Part shown: positions 1 to 9,167 of the stretch, piece by piece
Numbering within the stretch: position 1 is the first letter of the stretch
Layout of the letters: every line of letters begins with the position of its first letter
NCBI GenBank assembly: GCA_035288465.1
Contig: DATEAH010000005.1
Coordinates: 67,636 to 131,635, forward strand
From: Patescibacteria group bacterium
GTDB lineage: Bacteria; Patescibacteriota; UBA1384; DATEAH01
DNA length: 64,000 bases
Reading direction: 5' to 3'
Program-made: the position numbers and the translations under genes
The notes under the pieces: generated by a model
Databases searched by the model: none
What the model was told of the DNA's origin: nothing
Seen by the model: only the letters and a program-made list of their open reading frames with translations

Positions 1-418
1 GTAGAGGACTCGGAGTGGCGAGGCCCGCCCTCTGCCCTTAACAATCCCTCTCCCGGCACGCCAAAAGTGAATTTTTCATTCAGTGGAACAGTCCTTCCGA
101 AAACGGAGTTTCGGCTTTCCACGAATTCCAAAATCCACTTTTTGATACAAATAATTCCTAGGTTTTTAAAATTAAATTTGCCTGTTAGAAGTTGGTACTG
201 ATTCGGAGCCTGAAAACATTGGAAATTGATAAATTTAATAAGCGACAAGCTCGATTTAAAAGAAAAACGTAAATACCAGAGTGTCTGACAGATCAGCAAA
301 TTTAATTTTTCTGAGCGTGGCAGGGGATGGAGTCGTAGAGGTAAGGGGATGGCCTTTGCAACTTCGAATCCCCTTATCTTTACAAAAAATAAGTATCTTT
401 TACCCTCACAAAAATAAT

Positions 419-512
419 ATAAGAACCTCTCGCTTCGCTCGAGAACCTTGTTGCGTGCTTGCGCTACCCCTTCGGGTCTGCGGCTTCGCCTTGCAAGCGA
501 TGCAATAAAAAA
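419..512. repeat. ~95-bp structured intergenic repeat, copy 1
   Basis: Aligns by eye with 3736-3831 (ATAAGAACCTCTCGCT...CTGCGGCTTCGCCTTG...GCAATAAAAAA); nested inverted repeats. Confidence 0.85.
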
Positions 513-547
513 GTCACCATCGAGGCGACAAAAAAATATTACAAAAC

Positions 548-577
548 TTGACAAAGTTTGACACAATTTGCTACAAT
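548..577 (+). promoter_or_regulatory. sigma70-type promoter pointing at the 3' end of the NYN gene
   Basis: TTGACA(548)-N18-TACAAT(572) with extended -10 TG. Confidence 0.6.
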
Positions 578-584
578 ATAAATA

Positions 585-641
585 TCATAAGAGAGAAACG
601 AACTTGCAACTGCGTGCTGCAAGCAACGCCTCTCATTTTTT
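585..641 (+). ncRNA. putative small hairpin RNA convergent with the NYN gene
   Basis: Follows the promoter; GAGAG..CG..CTTGCA-loop-TGCAAG..CG..CTCTC stem then a T tract. Confidence 0.4.
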
Positions 642-1160
642 ATACTCTAATTTTTCCTTTTCATACTCAAGAAAAGTCTTATACGATTGAAAATCTTTTA
701 ATAAAGAAGATTGTGCTTTTAGATTTGGGATAATAATTCTTCGCAATTTTCTTTTTGAGATCAAGTATTTATAAAGGCAACGAAAATCTCCATCTCCCGA
801 GACAATTACCGCTTTATCGTAATTGTTGTATTCGATCGCGGCGGAATATAAAACCAATTCAGCATCAATATTTCCTTTTGGTTTGCCTAAATTATCTTTG
901 GTGGTTGGTTTAAAAATTAGTTTATACCCGCAAGATTGAAGCTGTTGATACATTTTTGATTGTTCTTTAATATAGCCGATAAAAAGGAAAGCTTTTGAAA
1001 CACGGAATTTGTCAGTTAGATAAATTCTGAATTTTTTAAAATCGAGCCGCCAACCTTTATAAATTTTCTTCCCCTTTTTATTAAAAAGGTCTTTATTCGT
1101 CCCAAGATTTAAGTTTTGGCTATCAATGAAAGCATAAATTATGGGAAATCTTTTTTTCAT
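633..1160 (-). CDS. NYN domain (LabA/DUF88, PIN-like) ribonuclease
   Basis: FIDSQNL, KGNIDAELV and IVSGDGDF acidic motifs. Confidence 0.9.
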   Translation of the reverse strand: MKKRFPIIYAFIDSQNLNLGTNKDLFNKKGKKIYKGWRLDFKKFRIYLTDKFRVSKAFLFIGYIKEQSKMYQQLQSCGYKLIFKPTTKDNLGKPKGNIDAELVLYSAAIEYNNYDKAVIVSGDGDFRCLYKYLISKRKLRRIIIPNLKAQSSLLKDFQSYKTFLEYEKEKLEYKK

Positions 1161-1273
1161 ATTTTTTCTCCAGCTTTAATCCTACTCCAAAATCAGCCGA
1201 AAAGCAATGTTATTTTTTGACAAAAGAGCTTATTTTTTGTAAAATAAAGTGGCTCAAAAAGGAGATGAGAAAT

Positions 1274-1858
1274 GTGGGCATCCTGAACAGGTTGTTTGGC
1301 GGTTCAAATCCTTTAGATCAAAGAGTTAAACAGATCGCCGATGAATTGGGTAGAAAATGCCGAGAATATCTTCAACAGCACCAGATTAACCCACAAACAG
1401 AAGCAATTAATATTGGTACTGCTTGTGGAATTATAAGAAAAGCCCATCACCCCGCACAATTTACTGATATTGCTTTTGACCTAATGACTTATCCTTCGGA
1501 AGTAGCTTATGGAATTGTAAATTATTTTGACTATTTTACCCCACAGCTCGGATTTATCCCGGTTGGCACGATAATGGTTGCTTTATCAAAAATTGAATCG
1601 TTGTATCCGGGAGGCGTAATAATCCGGCTATCATTTGCCAAAGAAAATCCAGAACTTATGGAGGTTATTGAGTCAAAAGAAGAAAGAATCAAAAGAGCCG
1701 GCAAAATAATTGCGGTTGGCATCCTTTTTACTCAAGAAACTCTCCGAGGAGCAAGGACAATGTACAAAAATAATGTCTTTGATCCATTGGTTCAAGCGGC
1801 AACCATCGAAGAATTGCGGAATTTTGACCCAGAAGTTGCTAGCGCAATTATCAGTTAA
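1274..1858 (+). CDS. hypothetical protein
   Basis: GTG after AAGGAG; track start 1217 is the TTGACA of a TTGACA-N17-TAAAAT promoter; terminator at ~1858-1894. Confidence 0.65.
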   Translation: MGILNRLFGGSNPLDQRVKQIADELGRKCREYLQQHQINPQTEAINIGTACGIIRKAHHPAQFTDIAFDLMTYPSEVAYGIVNYFDYFTPQLGFIPVGTIMVALSKIESLYPGGVIIRLSFAKENPELMEVIESKEERIKRAGKIIAVGILFTQETLRGARTMYKNNVFDPLVQAATIEELRNFDPEVASAIIS

Positions 1859-1958
1859 GCCCTAAGAGGCTTCGCCCTTTCAGGGCTTTTTTTATAATAA
1901 AAAAACCCGTTGGGGGTGGTGAGACCCGAAACGGGTGGATAATAAAGAAAAGTTGAAA

Positions 1959-2978
1959 TTAGATGCCGAGGATTAGTTTGGCTTGATTAATAAGATCTTG
2001 AGTTAGTGATATTGGCTTGAGTTGATATGCTTTCTCGAGATTGCCGAGAGCTTCCTTGATCATTGCCTTATCTTGAGTTAAAACTCCGAGTCGAAATTGT
2101 GAACGACCATATCTCATATAGATATCGGGTGTTTTTTTATAATTTTCAACATAAGATTTACAGTAAACATTTATCAATTGGTATCGAGAAATATTATATT
2201 TATTGAAGCTTTCTTCGAGGTCTTTTAAGTGTTGTTTGATACTATCAGGTACCCCTACGAAGGGATCCCAATTAAAAGTTTTTTCTTCTTGAATATATAA
2301 TTCATCTGCTTCCATGCTTATTTCAAGAAACCATATATTAATAAGACACCCTATTACTGTTAAATCTTGTGGATCTGATATCTTAGAAAATTGTTGTTTA
2401 AATGATGCGAATGCCTCAGATCCAACATCTCGATAACTAGTAAGCTTAGCTTCATCTAGCTTGCGTTGACAAGCGACACAAAGAGAAATCATCTTTACAA
2501 CTTCTGTAGTCTCTTTGGGGTGAGAGAAAACTCCTTCATCTATAATTATTTTTTCGGTTGCAGCTGAATCAGCAAGATATTGTTGGCTAAAGTCTGGATC
2601 TTTAGAGAATAAAAAAGACTTGGCATCCCAGACTTCATTTTTTTCATTATTGGCCAAATATATCGACGCAGAAAGAGTATAAGCCATTACTTTTTTTCCT
2701 AAAGCATTAGAAATTTTCGCCGACCATCTTATTAATTCAAAATCTTCATTGAATTCTATATCATTTTCTTTGTCTTCTTTCTCTAAAATATTTAACATAT
2801 TTACGGCATCTATATATTTCCCTTCATCAAAATATCCCTTCATAAGAGCTAGTGAAATAATTCTGGACATTTCGTAATCTGATACTACAAACTTATCTTC
2901 GGCATAAATTATGTTGGAGAATACTAATATTAATAGGACAAAGAGTGCGAGGAAAATGCTGCGTGGCGCTTGTTTCAC
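1959..2978 (-). CDS. hypothetical exported helical (TPR-like) protein
   Basis: 339-aa ORF, hydrophobic N-terminal signal, GAGGTG RBS, own promoter near 3044-3072. Confidence 0.7.
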   Translation of the reverse strand: MKQAPRSIFLALFVLLILVFSNIIYAEDKFVVSDYEMSRIISLALMKGYFDEGKYIDAVNMLNILEKEDKENDIEFNEDFELIRWSAKISNALGKKVMAYTLSASIYLANNEKNEVWDAKSFLFSKDPDFSQQYLADSAATEKIIIDEGVFSHPKETTEVVKMISLCVACQRKLDEAKLTSYRDVGSEAFASFKQQFSKISDPQDLTVIGCLINIWFLEISMEADELYIQEEKTFNWDPFVGVPDSIKQHLKDLEESFNKYNISRYQLINVYCKSYVENYKKTPDIYMRYGRSQFRLGVLTQDKAMIKEALGNLEKAYQLKPISLTQDLINQAKLILGI

Positions 2979-3128
2979 TTGTCTTCACCTCGGGTTGGTA
3001 AGGTACAAGGCGCTTGGGTCTTGCCTTTTGTTCAATTGACATTATTTTAGCTTTATTGCCTAAAATTGTCAAGAAAAAACCCACCTTAGGTTTGGTACCC
3101 CTGGGTGGGCAAAAAAATAGTGACAAGG

Positions 3129-3659
3129 TTATTCGGTGGCAGAAGCCAAGATGTTAATGCCACCGACTAATGGTAGTTGGAGACAATTGTTTGGAATTTG
3201 ATAATTCTTCTTGACAATTATGGCTGAAATTGCACCTTCGTGCGACGCAGTCAGCCAATAAGGTTCTTCCCCAATGGGAATGCGAGCATCATACAATGGT
3301 TGAATCCAATATTGTCCGCCAGCAAACGCATAAACAGCGACGTCATGCTGATCAGGATTAACATTAAAGGTTCGCCCCTCAACTACTTTGACAATTGGTT
3401 CGTAAATGTTAGTATCATCAACATGGACATTGCCATAATAGGCTTGGGTGCCGTCGATAATGATTTCGGGTTGATCTGAGGGTGTGTGCGATATTGGCGA
3501 AATACTGATTTTGTATATCGGCAATAAGGTAATTTCCCTAACTGACGAATTACTATAAACATAACCGACACTATAACCGCGTTGCTCCGAAGATGCGCAA
3601 CCGGCAACGAAGATAGTGATTAGTGCCAAAATGGCGAGCACAGCCAACACGTGTTTCAT
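3129..3659 (-). CDS. hypothetical lipoprotein
   Basis: MKHVLAVLAILAL...VAGC lipobox; GAGGA RBS; own promoter. Confidence 0.7.
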   Translation of the reverse strand: MKHVLAVLAILALITIFVAGCASSEQRGYSVGYVYSNSSVREITLLPIYKISISPISHTPSDQPEIIIDGTQAYYGNVHVDDTNIYEPIVKVVEGRTFNVNPDQHDVAVYAFAGGQYWIQPLYDARIPIGEEPYWLTASHEGAISAIIVKKNYQIPNNCLQLPLVGGINILASATE

Positions 3660-3735
3660 CTGGATCTCGTCCTCTCGGGGTAGGTTGTTAATGTTCAAAT
3701 TAGTTAAATTTTACACTTATAGTATAATTTTGTCA

Positions 3736-3831
3736 ATAAGAACCTCTCGCTTTGCACGAGAACCTTATTGCTTCGCTTACGCGCTACCCTTTCGGACTGC
3801 GGCTTCGCCTTGTAAACGACGCAATAAAAAA
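3736..3831. repeat. ~95-bp structured intergenic repeat, copy 2
   Basis: Homologous to 419-512. Confidence 0.85.
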
Positions 3832-3883
3832 GCCGCACTTGGGCTGGATGAGCCGGGCGCGGCATTTGAAAATGGAATAATTA

Positions 3884-4501
3884 TTATCCCAAATCTATAT
3901 CGTCTTCGGGATCAAAACCCTCAAATAAACGCTCAAAGATCGCAGCTTCCTCTGATGACAGATTGTTGATTTGAGCAATATCAATACCATAATTAGCGAG
4001 AACCTCCCGAATCGTCGGCAAGAAAAGATCGCTAGCCTGATCAAGTTTATCCTTAAGTTCTGGCGTCATGGCCTCGGCGGGAATATGAACCATAATACTT
4101 CCCCATGGGGCACTGACCAAAAGAGAAATAACTGACTTTACCCTAATCCCCAAATCTTCCATTGTTTTGACAGTCTCACTCTCTCGACCTTCGAGCAATT
4201 TATTTTCAATCTGGCCTAAGAAACTAAAGACTTCCTTAATATCTTCAAGATGAGCGTATTCATCCGGATGTTCGCGACAATAAACCTTAAAGTCATCAAT
4301 CATTTTGCTTTTTTCGCGATTAAACATCGCGTTAGTTATCCCGCCGGTAATCATTCCATTAAATAATTCGGAAATCATTGGATGTTGTCGCCAAGCATTT
4401 GCTCGTTGTTCGACAAAAATTTCAATGCAGACACAGATCTCTTCGTAGGTCAAGCTGATCGTCTCCTTTGGGGTGATATACTGAAAAAACAGATATATCA
4501 T
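3884..4501 (-). CDS. hypothetical acidic protein
   Basis: 205-aa ORF followed by a terminator; true start uncertain. Confidence 0.6.
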   Translation of the reverse strand: MIYLFFQYITPKETISLTYEEICVCIEIFVEQRANAWRQHPMISELFNGMITGGITNAMFNREKSKMIDDFKVYCREHPDEYAHLEDIKEVFSFLGQIENKLLEGRESETVKTMEDLGIRVKSVISLLVSAPWGSIMVHIPAEAMTPELKDKLDQASDLFLPTIREVLANYGIDIAQINNLSSEEAAIFERLFEGFDPEDDIDLG

Positions 4502-4603
4502 ACTTTTTTGATTAAATAAAGTCAGGAAAAAAAGAGGCGGTGCAAATTTTGTAATTTGAACTGCCTCGGGCAGAAAAAGATTAGAAATTAATTATTAAGT
4601 TGG

Positions 4604-5296
4604 TTATGTAGCGACAGTTGGCTCTGGAACTTCCGGTTCGGCTGGAATTTCTGGTTCAAATTGTTCATAGCCTAGTTGCTGACAAACTTTGATTATGTAT
4701 TGGAGGTTCTCTAATTTACCGCCATTTTGCTCGAAGTATTCCAAACGCACTGCTGGCGACGTTACAATAATATCTTGTCCAAAACCACCCGTTAGAAGAT
4801 GATAACGCCACTCACCCATATTGATTTCGCAACGTTCCGGATTATCAAATTCCTTATTGTCACAGGCATCGCTATAGAAAGTGAACCGGCCTGAATATTC
4901 AAGTCCCACAAATCCTTGAGCAATCTTGATCGCTTCCTCAAATTTCATCCCGAAATCATGGCCTACCTGGCTAAAGGAGACAAAATCCGGCCACATCCTG
5001 TCAACTGCAATAGCATAATAATTCGCTGGCTTGTAATTCTGTGTATCTGCATCATATCCACCTTCAATTATCGGGCTATCCGTATGGTTAAAACGAGCAA
5101 TTTGTAATCCTGTTCCAACAACGACTCTTCCGGTATCAATTAAGTCTTGTGGAGCTTCAAGATAAGCATTAAACCAGCGTTGATTTCTTCGAGCCTCTTT
5201 CCAGCCGATTACCACCGCGTTAATGACCGTGCAAACTGCGTTCTTTAGTCGCATGTGATCTGGAAACTTGAAAAACAGTTCTTCGGTTGCGCTCAT
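4604..5296 (-). CDS. hypothetical protein
   Basis: 230-aa ORF, AAGGAGG RBS, TTGACA-N17-TAAAAT promoter upstream. Confidence 0.75.
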   Translation of the reverse strand: MSATEELFFKFPDHMRLKNAVCTVINAVVIGWKEARRNQRWFNAYLEAPQDLIDTGRVVVGTGLQIARFNHTDSPIIEGGYDADTQNYKPANYYAIAVDRMWPDFVSFSQVGHDFGMKFEEAIKIAQGFVGLEYSGRFTFYSDACDNKEFDNPERCEINMGEWRYHLLTGGFGQDIIVTSPAVRLEYFEQNGGKLENLQYIIKVCQQLGYEQFEPEIPAEPEVPEPTVAT

Positions 5297-5417
5297 ACTA
5301 GCTGACCTCCTTGCCTTTCTTGGATTGTCTGTATTTTACAACAGAAAATTTTACTTGTCAATAATTAACTATACAAAGGGTTTACAAATGACAAAAAAAT
5401 GTGTATAATAACAAAGT

Positions 5418-7238
5418 ATGGAATTAAGAAATATTGCAATTATTGCCCATGTTGATCACGGCAAAACGACTTTGGTTGACGGGCTCTTAAAACAATCGAA
5501 CACCTTTCGAGATAATGAGGCAGAAATGTCTCAGGATTTAATTATGGACTCAAATGATCAAGAAAGGGAACGCGGGATTACCATTTTAGCTAAAAATACG
5601 GCGGTGCATTACAAAGATGTCAAAATCAATATTATTGATACACCCGGACATGCTGATTTTGGTGGTGAAGTGGAACGCACTTTGAATATGGCAGACGGGG
5701 CGATTTTGCTAATTGATGCCCAGGAAGGACCGATGCCCCAGACCAAATTTGTTCTCAAAAAAGCTTTGGAAATTGGCTTAAAATTAATTGTGGTAATTAA
5801 TAAAATCGACAAGCGCGATGTCCAAGTGGCAAACACCCTTAATAAAACTTATGATTTATTTTTAGATCTGGCGACTCATGAATCTCAACTGGATTTTCCG
5901 GTTTATTTTTGTATTAGCCGTGAAGGCAAAGCTTGGGATGAATTGCCCCAGGATTGCCAAGAAGCGGCGGATTTGACGCCAATTTTTAAAGCAATTCTAA
6001 AATATATCCCAGCTCCTGATACAGATAGCAATAAACCTTTCCAAATGCAGGTGACTAATTTGGATTGGGATAATTTTCAAGGCAAATATGCGGTTGGTAG
6101 AATTACGAATGGTAAAACTGAGGAAAAACTCGCGGTTTCAATTGTAAATTCCGAGGGGGTTTTAGGAACTGCTCGGATTGAAAAAATTTATGTCAACCAG
6201 GGCTTAAAAAAAGTTGAAGTAAAAAAGGCGGAGGCTGGCAATATTGTGGCTATTACCGGAATACCGAATGCTAATATCGGCGACACGATTGCGGATTCTA
6301 AAAATCCAATCGCCCTGCCGCCAATTAAAATCGAAGAGCCAACTTTGAAAATGGCGATTTCGGCTAACACCTCGCCTTTTGCCGGTCTGGAAGGCGAATT
6401 TGTGACCAGCCGTCAAATTTTAGAACGAATTAAAAAAGAGCTGCAAACCAATATTTCCTTAAAGCTCGAAGAAAATGGGACCGAATTTATTTTGTCTGGC
6501 CGCGGAGAATTACATTTGTCGGTTTTTATCGAAACTTTACGGCGTGAAGGTTTTGAACTTCAAGTGAAAAAACCACAGGTTATCACCAAAGGAATTGACG
6601 GCACAATCTCGGAACCGGTTGAAGAATTAACGATCGATGTTGATTGCGATAAAATTGGGGTTGTTAAAGCCGAAGTTGGTAAAAGAAAAGGTATTTTACT
6701 TTCTCATGACCAAAACAGTGATGGGACAACCCGTTTGGTGTACGAAATTACCACCAGAGGTTTATTGGGCTTGAGAAACCAGTTGCTGAGAATTACTCGC
6801 GGCACGGCAACTTTGAATTCGATTTTTCTTCGTTTTCAGCCTGCTGGCGCTGAGCTGCCGAAACTTCGAAACGGGGTTTTGATTGCTTCGGCTGGCGGAA
6901 AGGCGGTTGCATATGGAATAAATATCGCACAAGGTCGCGGCATGACCATAATTGAACCTAATGCCCAAGTATACGCGGGACAAATTATTGGTTTAAATAA
7001 TCGTGGCGAAGATCTTGAAATTAATGTCACCAAAGAAAAACAAAAAACCAATATTCGTTCTTCGACTTCTGATATCGCGGTTATTTTAACCCCGCCAACC
7101 CTTTTGTCGCTCGAACAATGTTTGGATTTTTTGGAAAACGATGAATTTTTGGAAGTAACACCGAAGAATTTGCGGCTTCGAAAAATAATTTTAGACGCAG
7201 TATCGCGCGCAAAAGCCAAAAAAGTGAACTCAAATTAA
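5418..7238 (+). CDS. typA: translational GTPase TypA/BipA
   Basis: [50 protein letters not shown]. Confidence 0.97.
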   Translation: MELRNIAIIAHVDHGKTTLVDGLLKQSNTFRDNEAEMSQDLIMDSNDQERERGITILAKNTAVHYKDVKINIIDTPGHADFGGEVERTLNMADGAILLIDAQEGPMPQTKFVLKKALEIGLKLIVVINKIDKRDVQVANTLNKTYDLFLDLATHESQLDFPVYFCISREGKAWDELPQDCQEAADLTPIFKAILKYIPAPDTDSNKPFQMQVTNLDWDNFQGKYAVGRITNGKTEEKLAVSIVNSEGVLGTARIEKIYVNQGLKKVEVKKAEAGNIVAITGIPNANIGDTIADSKNPIALPPIKIEEPTLKMAISANTSPFAGLEGEFVTSRQILERIKKELQTNISLKLEENGTEFILSGRGELHLSVFIETLRREGFELQVKKPQVITKGIDGTISEPVEELTIDVDCDKIGVVKAEVGKRKGILLSHDQNSDGTTRLVYEITTRGLLGLRNQLLRITRGTATLNSIFLRFQPAGAELPKLRNGVLIASAGGKAVAYGINIAQGRGMTIIEPNAQVYAGQIIGLNNRGEDLEINVTKEKQKTNIRSSTSDIAVILTPPTLLSLEQCLDFLENDEFLEVTPKNLRLRKIILDAVSRAKAKKVNSN

Positions 7239-7246
7239 TTTTTTAA

Positions 7247-7762
7247 TCAACCTTTGCCAAGAGTTTTTTGGCCAGGTTTCCAGCCAGCCGGACTCATTTC
7301 GCCGGTTTGTAGGGCTTTGAGAACTCGCAAAATTTCGGTCACACTTCTGCCAACATTATTATCGGAAACTAAAATATAACGAATGATTCCTTTGGGATCA
7401 ATGATAAAAGTGCCTCTTGAGGAAATTCCGGAGGCTAAATCTATTTCATATTTTTGAATGGCTTCTTTGTTGATATCTGATAAGAGCGGGAATTTTATAT
7501 CGCCTAGTTGTCTTGACCATTCCTGATGGGCATAAACGCTGTCGACACTGACTCCTAAAATTTCCGTGTGGCTATCTGCGAATTCCTGATATTTTTTATT
7601 CAGAGCGATAATTTCCGTCGGACAGACAAAACTAAAATCCAAGGGATAAAAAAAGAGAATTACCCACTTTTTACGATAATCTTTTAAGTTGTATTTCTTG
7701 ATATGGTTGGCTTTGAAACCTTCAAGAATAATATTGGGGGCTTTTTGACCAAGTTTAATCAT
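7247..7762 (-). CDS. ahpC: peroxiredoxin, AhpC/Prx1 family
   Basis: FFYPLDFSFVCPTE, GRSVTEILR; C-terminal GEMSPAGW. Confidence 0.9.
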   Translation of the reverse strand: MIKLGQKAPNIILEGFKANHIKKYNLKDYRKKWVILFFYPLDFSFVCPTEIIALNKKYQEFADSHTEILGVSVDSVYAHQEWSRQLGDIKFPLLSDINKEAIQKYEIDLASGISSRGTFIIDPKGIIRYILVSDNNVGRSVTEILRVLKALQTGEMSPAGWKPGQKTLGKG

Positions 7763-7815
7763 TTTTTTCCTTTCTTTTGCCACGAGATGGCGAAGTATGG
7801 CTGAGCCATTTTTCG

Positions 7816-7990
7816 TGGCTCCGGGACAGGGATTCGAAGGGCTAAAGCCCGTCTCAACGCAGTCGTGGTATTTTTATTTCACGATTTGTGTAATAATTTC
7901 AGCATAAATAATTTTGTGGTTTGCGCAACGGGGTTCTCGCCAGATCACGGACAACTCAAAATCTTCCTATAAAACTGAAAAATTTTGAGT
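7816..7990 (-). mobile_element. tRNA-downstream mini-element at tRNA-Gln, with duplicated tRNA 3' end (7816-7838)
   Basis: 23-bp repeat of 7991-8013 (2 mismatches); TGCGTTGAGACGGGCTTTAGCCCTTCGA motif shared with two other loci. Confidence 0.7.
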
Positions 7991-8064
7991 TGGCTCCGGG
8001 ATAGGGATTCGGACCCCAATTTTCAGGACCAAAACCTGACGTCCTGCCATTAGACGATCCCGGA
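7991..8064 (-). tRNA. tRNA-Gln(TTG)
   Basis: Cloverleaf, anticodon arm TCAGG-TTTTGGT-CCTGA, encoded CCA; T-loop reads TCCGAAT. Confidence 0.9.
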
Positions 8065-8131
8065 ATCTGCTTTAATTCTATCACAAATTATGCTTATTTA
8101 AAATAAAATCACCCAATTTGGGTGATTTTGT

Positions 8132-8152
8132 ATATCTTGAGTGGATAATAAG
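8132..8152 (-). repeat. 21-bp direct repeat of the rnpB 3' end
   Basis: ATATCTTGAGTGGATAATAAG is identical at 9165-9185; related terminator hairpins next to both copies. Confidence 0.9.
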
Positions 8153-8187
8153 ATGAATTAATAATATAATACAACCAGGAGGAAATA

Positions 8188-9108
8188 ATGAATGGACCAG
8201 AAATATTTTCGGAATCAAATGGAGAACATGATCACAACGAATTTTCTAATATTCCAATAGACCCAGAAATTTCAGAGGAAAATACTAAAGCCCGAGAACT
8301 TACAAGTTTAACGATAGACTTTTTGCATAATGCTCACATTTCTAAAGAAAAAAGAGGTAATCCAGAGCTACAAGATGCAACTTTAATGAGATTATTCCAA
8401 GACCAGTCCTGGCGTCTCAGAGTTAATAAAGCAACCCAGAAAGCAGATCAAGAGTGGCAAAAGACAGCCAAAACTTTTACAGTCGCGAGAGAGTTGTCGC
8501 GAGAAGCACCCTTTGTTACTCCGTCGTTTGCTTGTCCTTCGCCATTTGTTGAATTGTTAGCTGATTATGATCAGGGCTTAGAAATTGCTAAACTTAAAGA
8601 AAATTCACCATTGGAAAGTTGGCTAGAAGCTTATATTCGCGAAAGACCGGTTAAATTTTATAATCCTTCTCATAGTCTTGCATCTCCTGATCTTATTGCA
8701 CTTAGACGTGAAGGAAAATCGGCAGTAATAGTTGCCGTTGGCGAAGCGAAAAGAGGTTATCTCGGTGTCGGGGAAAGACCTTCTCAATCTAGGGATCGCA
8801 GAGAGGGATTGCCACAATTTAGAAAAATACTTAGAGATCTCCCTAAAAGAGTTAAACTTCTCAATTCTAATCTTTCTTCCATGAGAGAAAAAAGGCCATT
8901 TCTAAAAGAAATTGATGAATTTGCGGTTGCAGGTTTAACCGAATTGAAAAAATATTTAATAGTCCCATTTGATGTCGCTACTCCTCGTGAAGACATGAAA
9001 ATTCGAGGTCTTGAGCCTTGGGAAAGAGATGAAATGAGTTTTTCACGCCAAGAATTGGCTTACCTTTCATTGTTATTAGTGCGTCAATCAAAAATAAAAA
9101 AACAATAA
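8188..9108 (+). CDS. putative PD-(D/E)xK-superfamily nuclease
   Basis: AGGAGG RBS; SPDLIAL...AVIVAVGEAKRG matches the PD..(D/E)xK pattern. Confidence 0.6.
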   Translation: MNGPEIFSESNGEHDHNEFSNIPIDPEISEENTKARELTSLTIDFLHNAHISKEKRGNPELQDATLMRLFQDQSWRLRVNKATQKADQEWQKTAKTFTVARELSREAPFVTPSFACPSPFVELLADYDQGLEIAKLKENSPLESWLEAYIRERPVKFYNPSHSLASPDLIALRREGKSAVIVAVGEAKRGYLGVGERPSQSRDRREGLPQFRKILRDLPKRVKLLNSNLSSMREKRPFLKEIDEFAVAGLTELKKYLIVPFDVATPREDMKIRGLEPWERDEMSFSRQELAYLSLLLVRQSKIKKQ

Positions 9109-9167
9109 GATCTAAATCAAAAATTATAATTTAAAAAATCGTCCTAAACTGGGACGATTTTTAAATA

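Noticed and set aside
281-733. Track ORFs 281-508 and 548-733, and 3616-3969 which shares RTSRFAREP
   Set aside because: The shared peptide comes from the non-coding repeat; 548 starts on a -35 box; no RBS.
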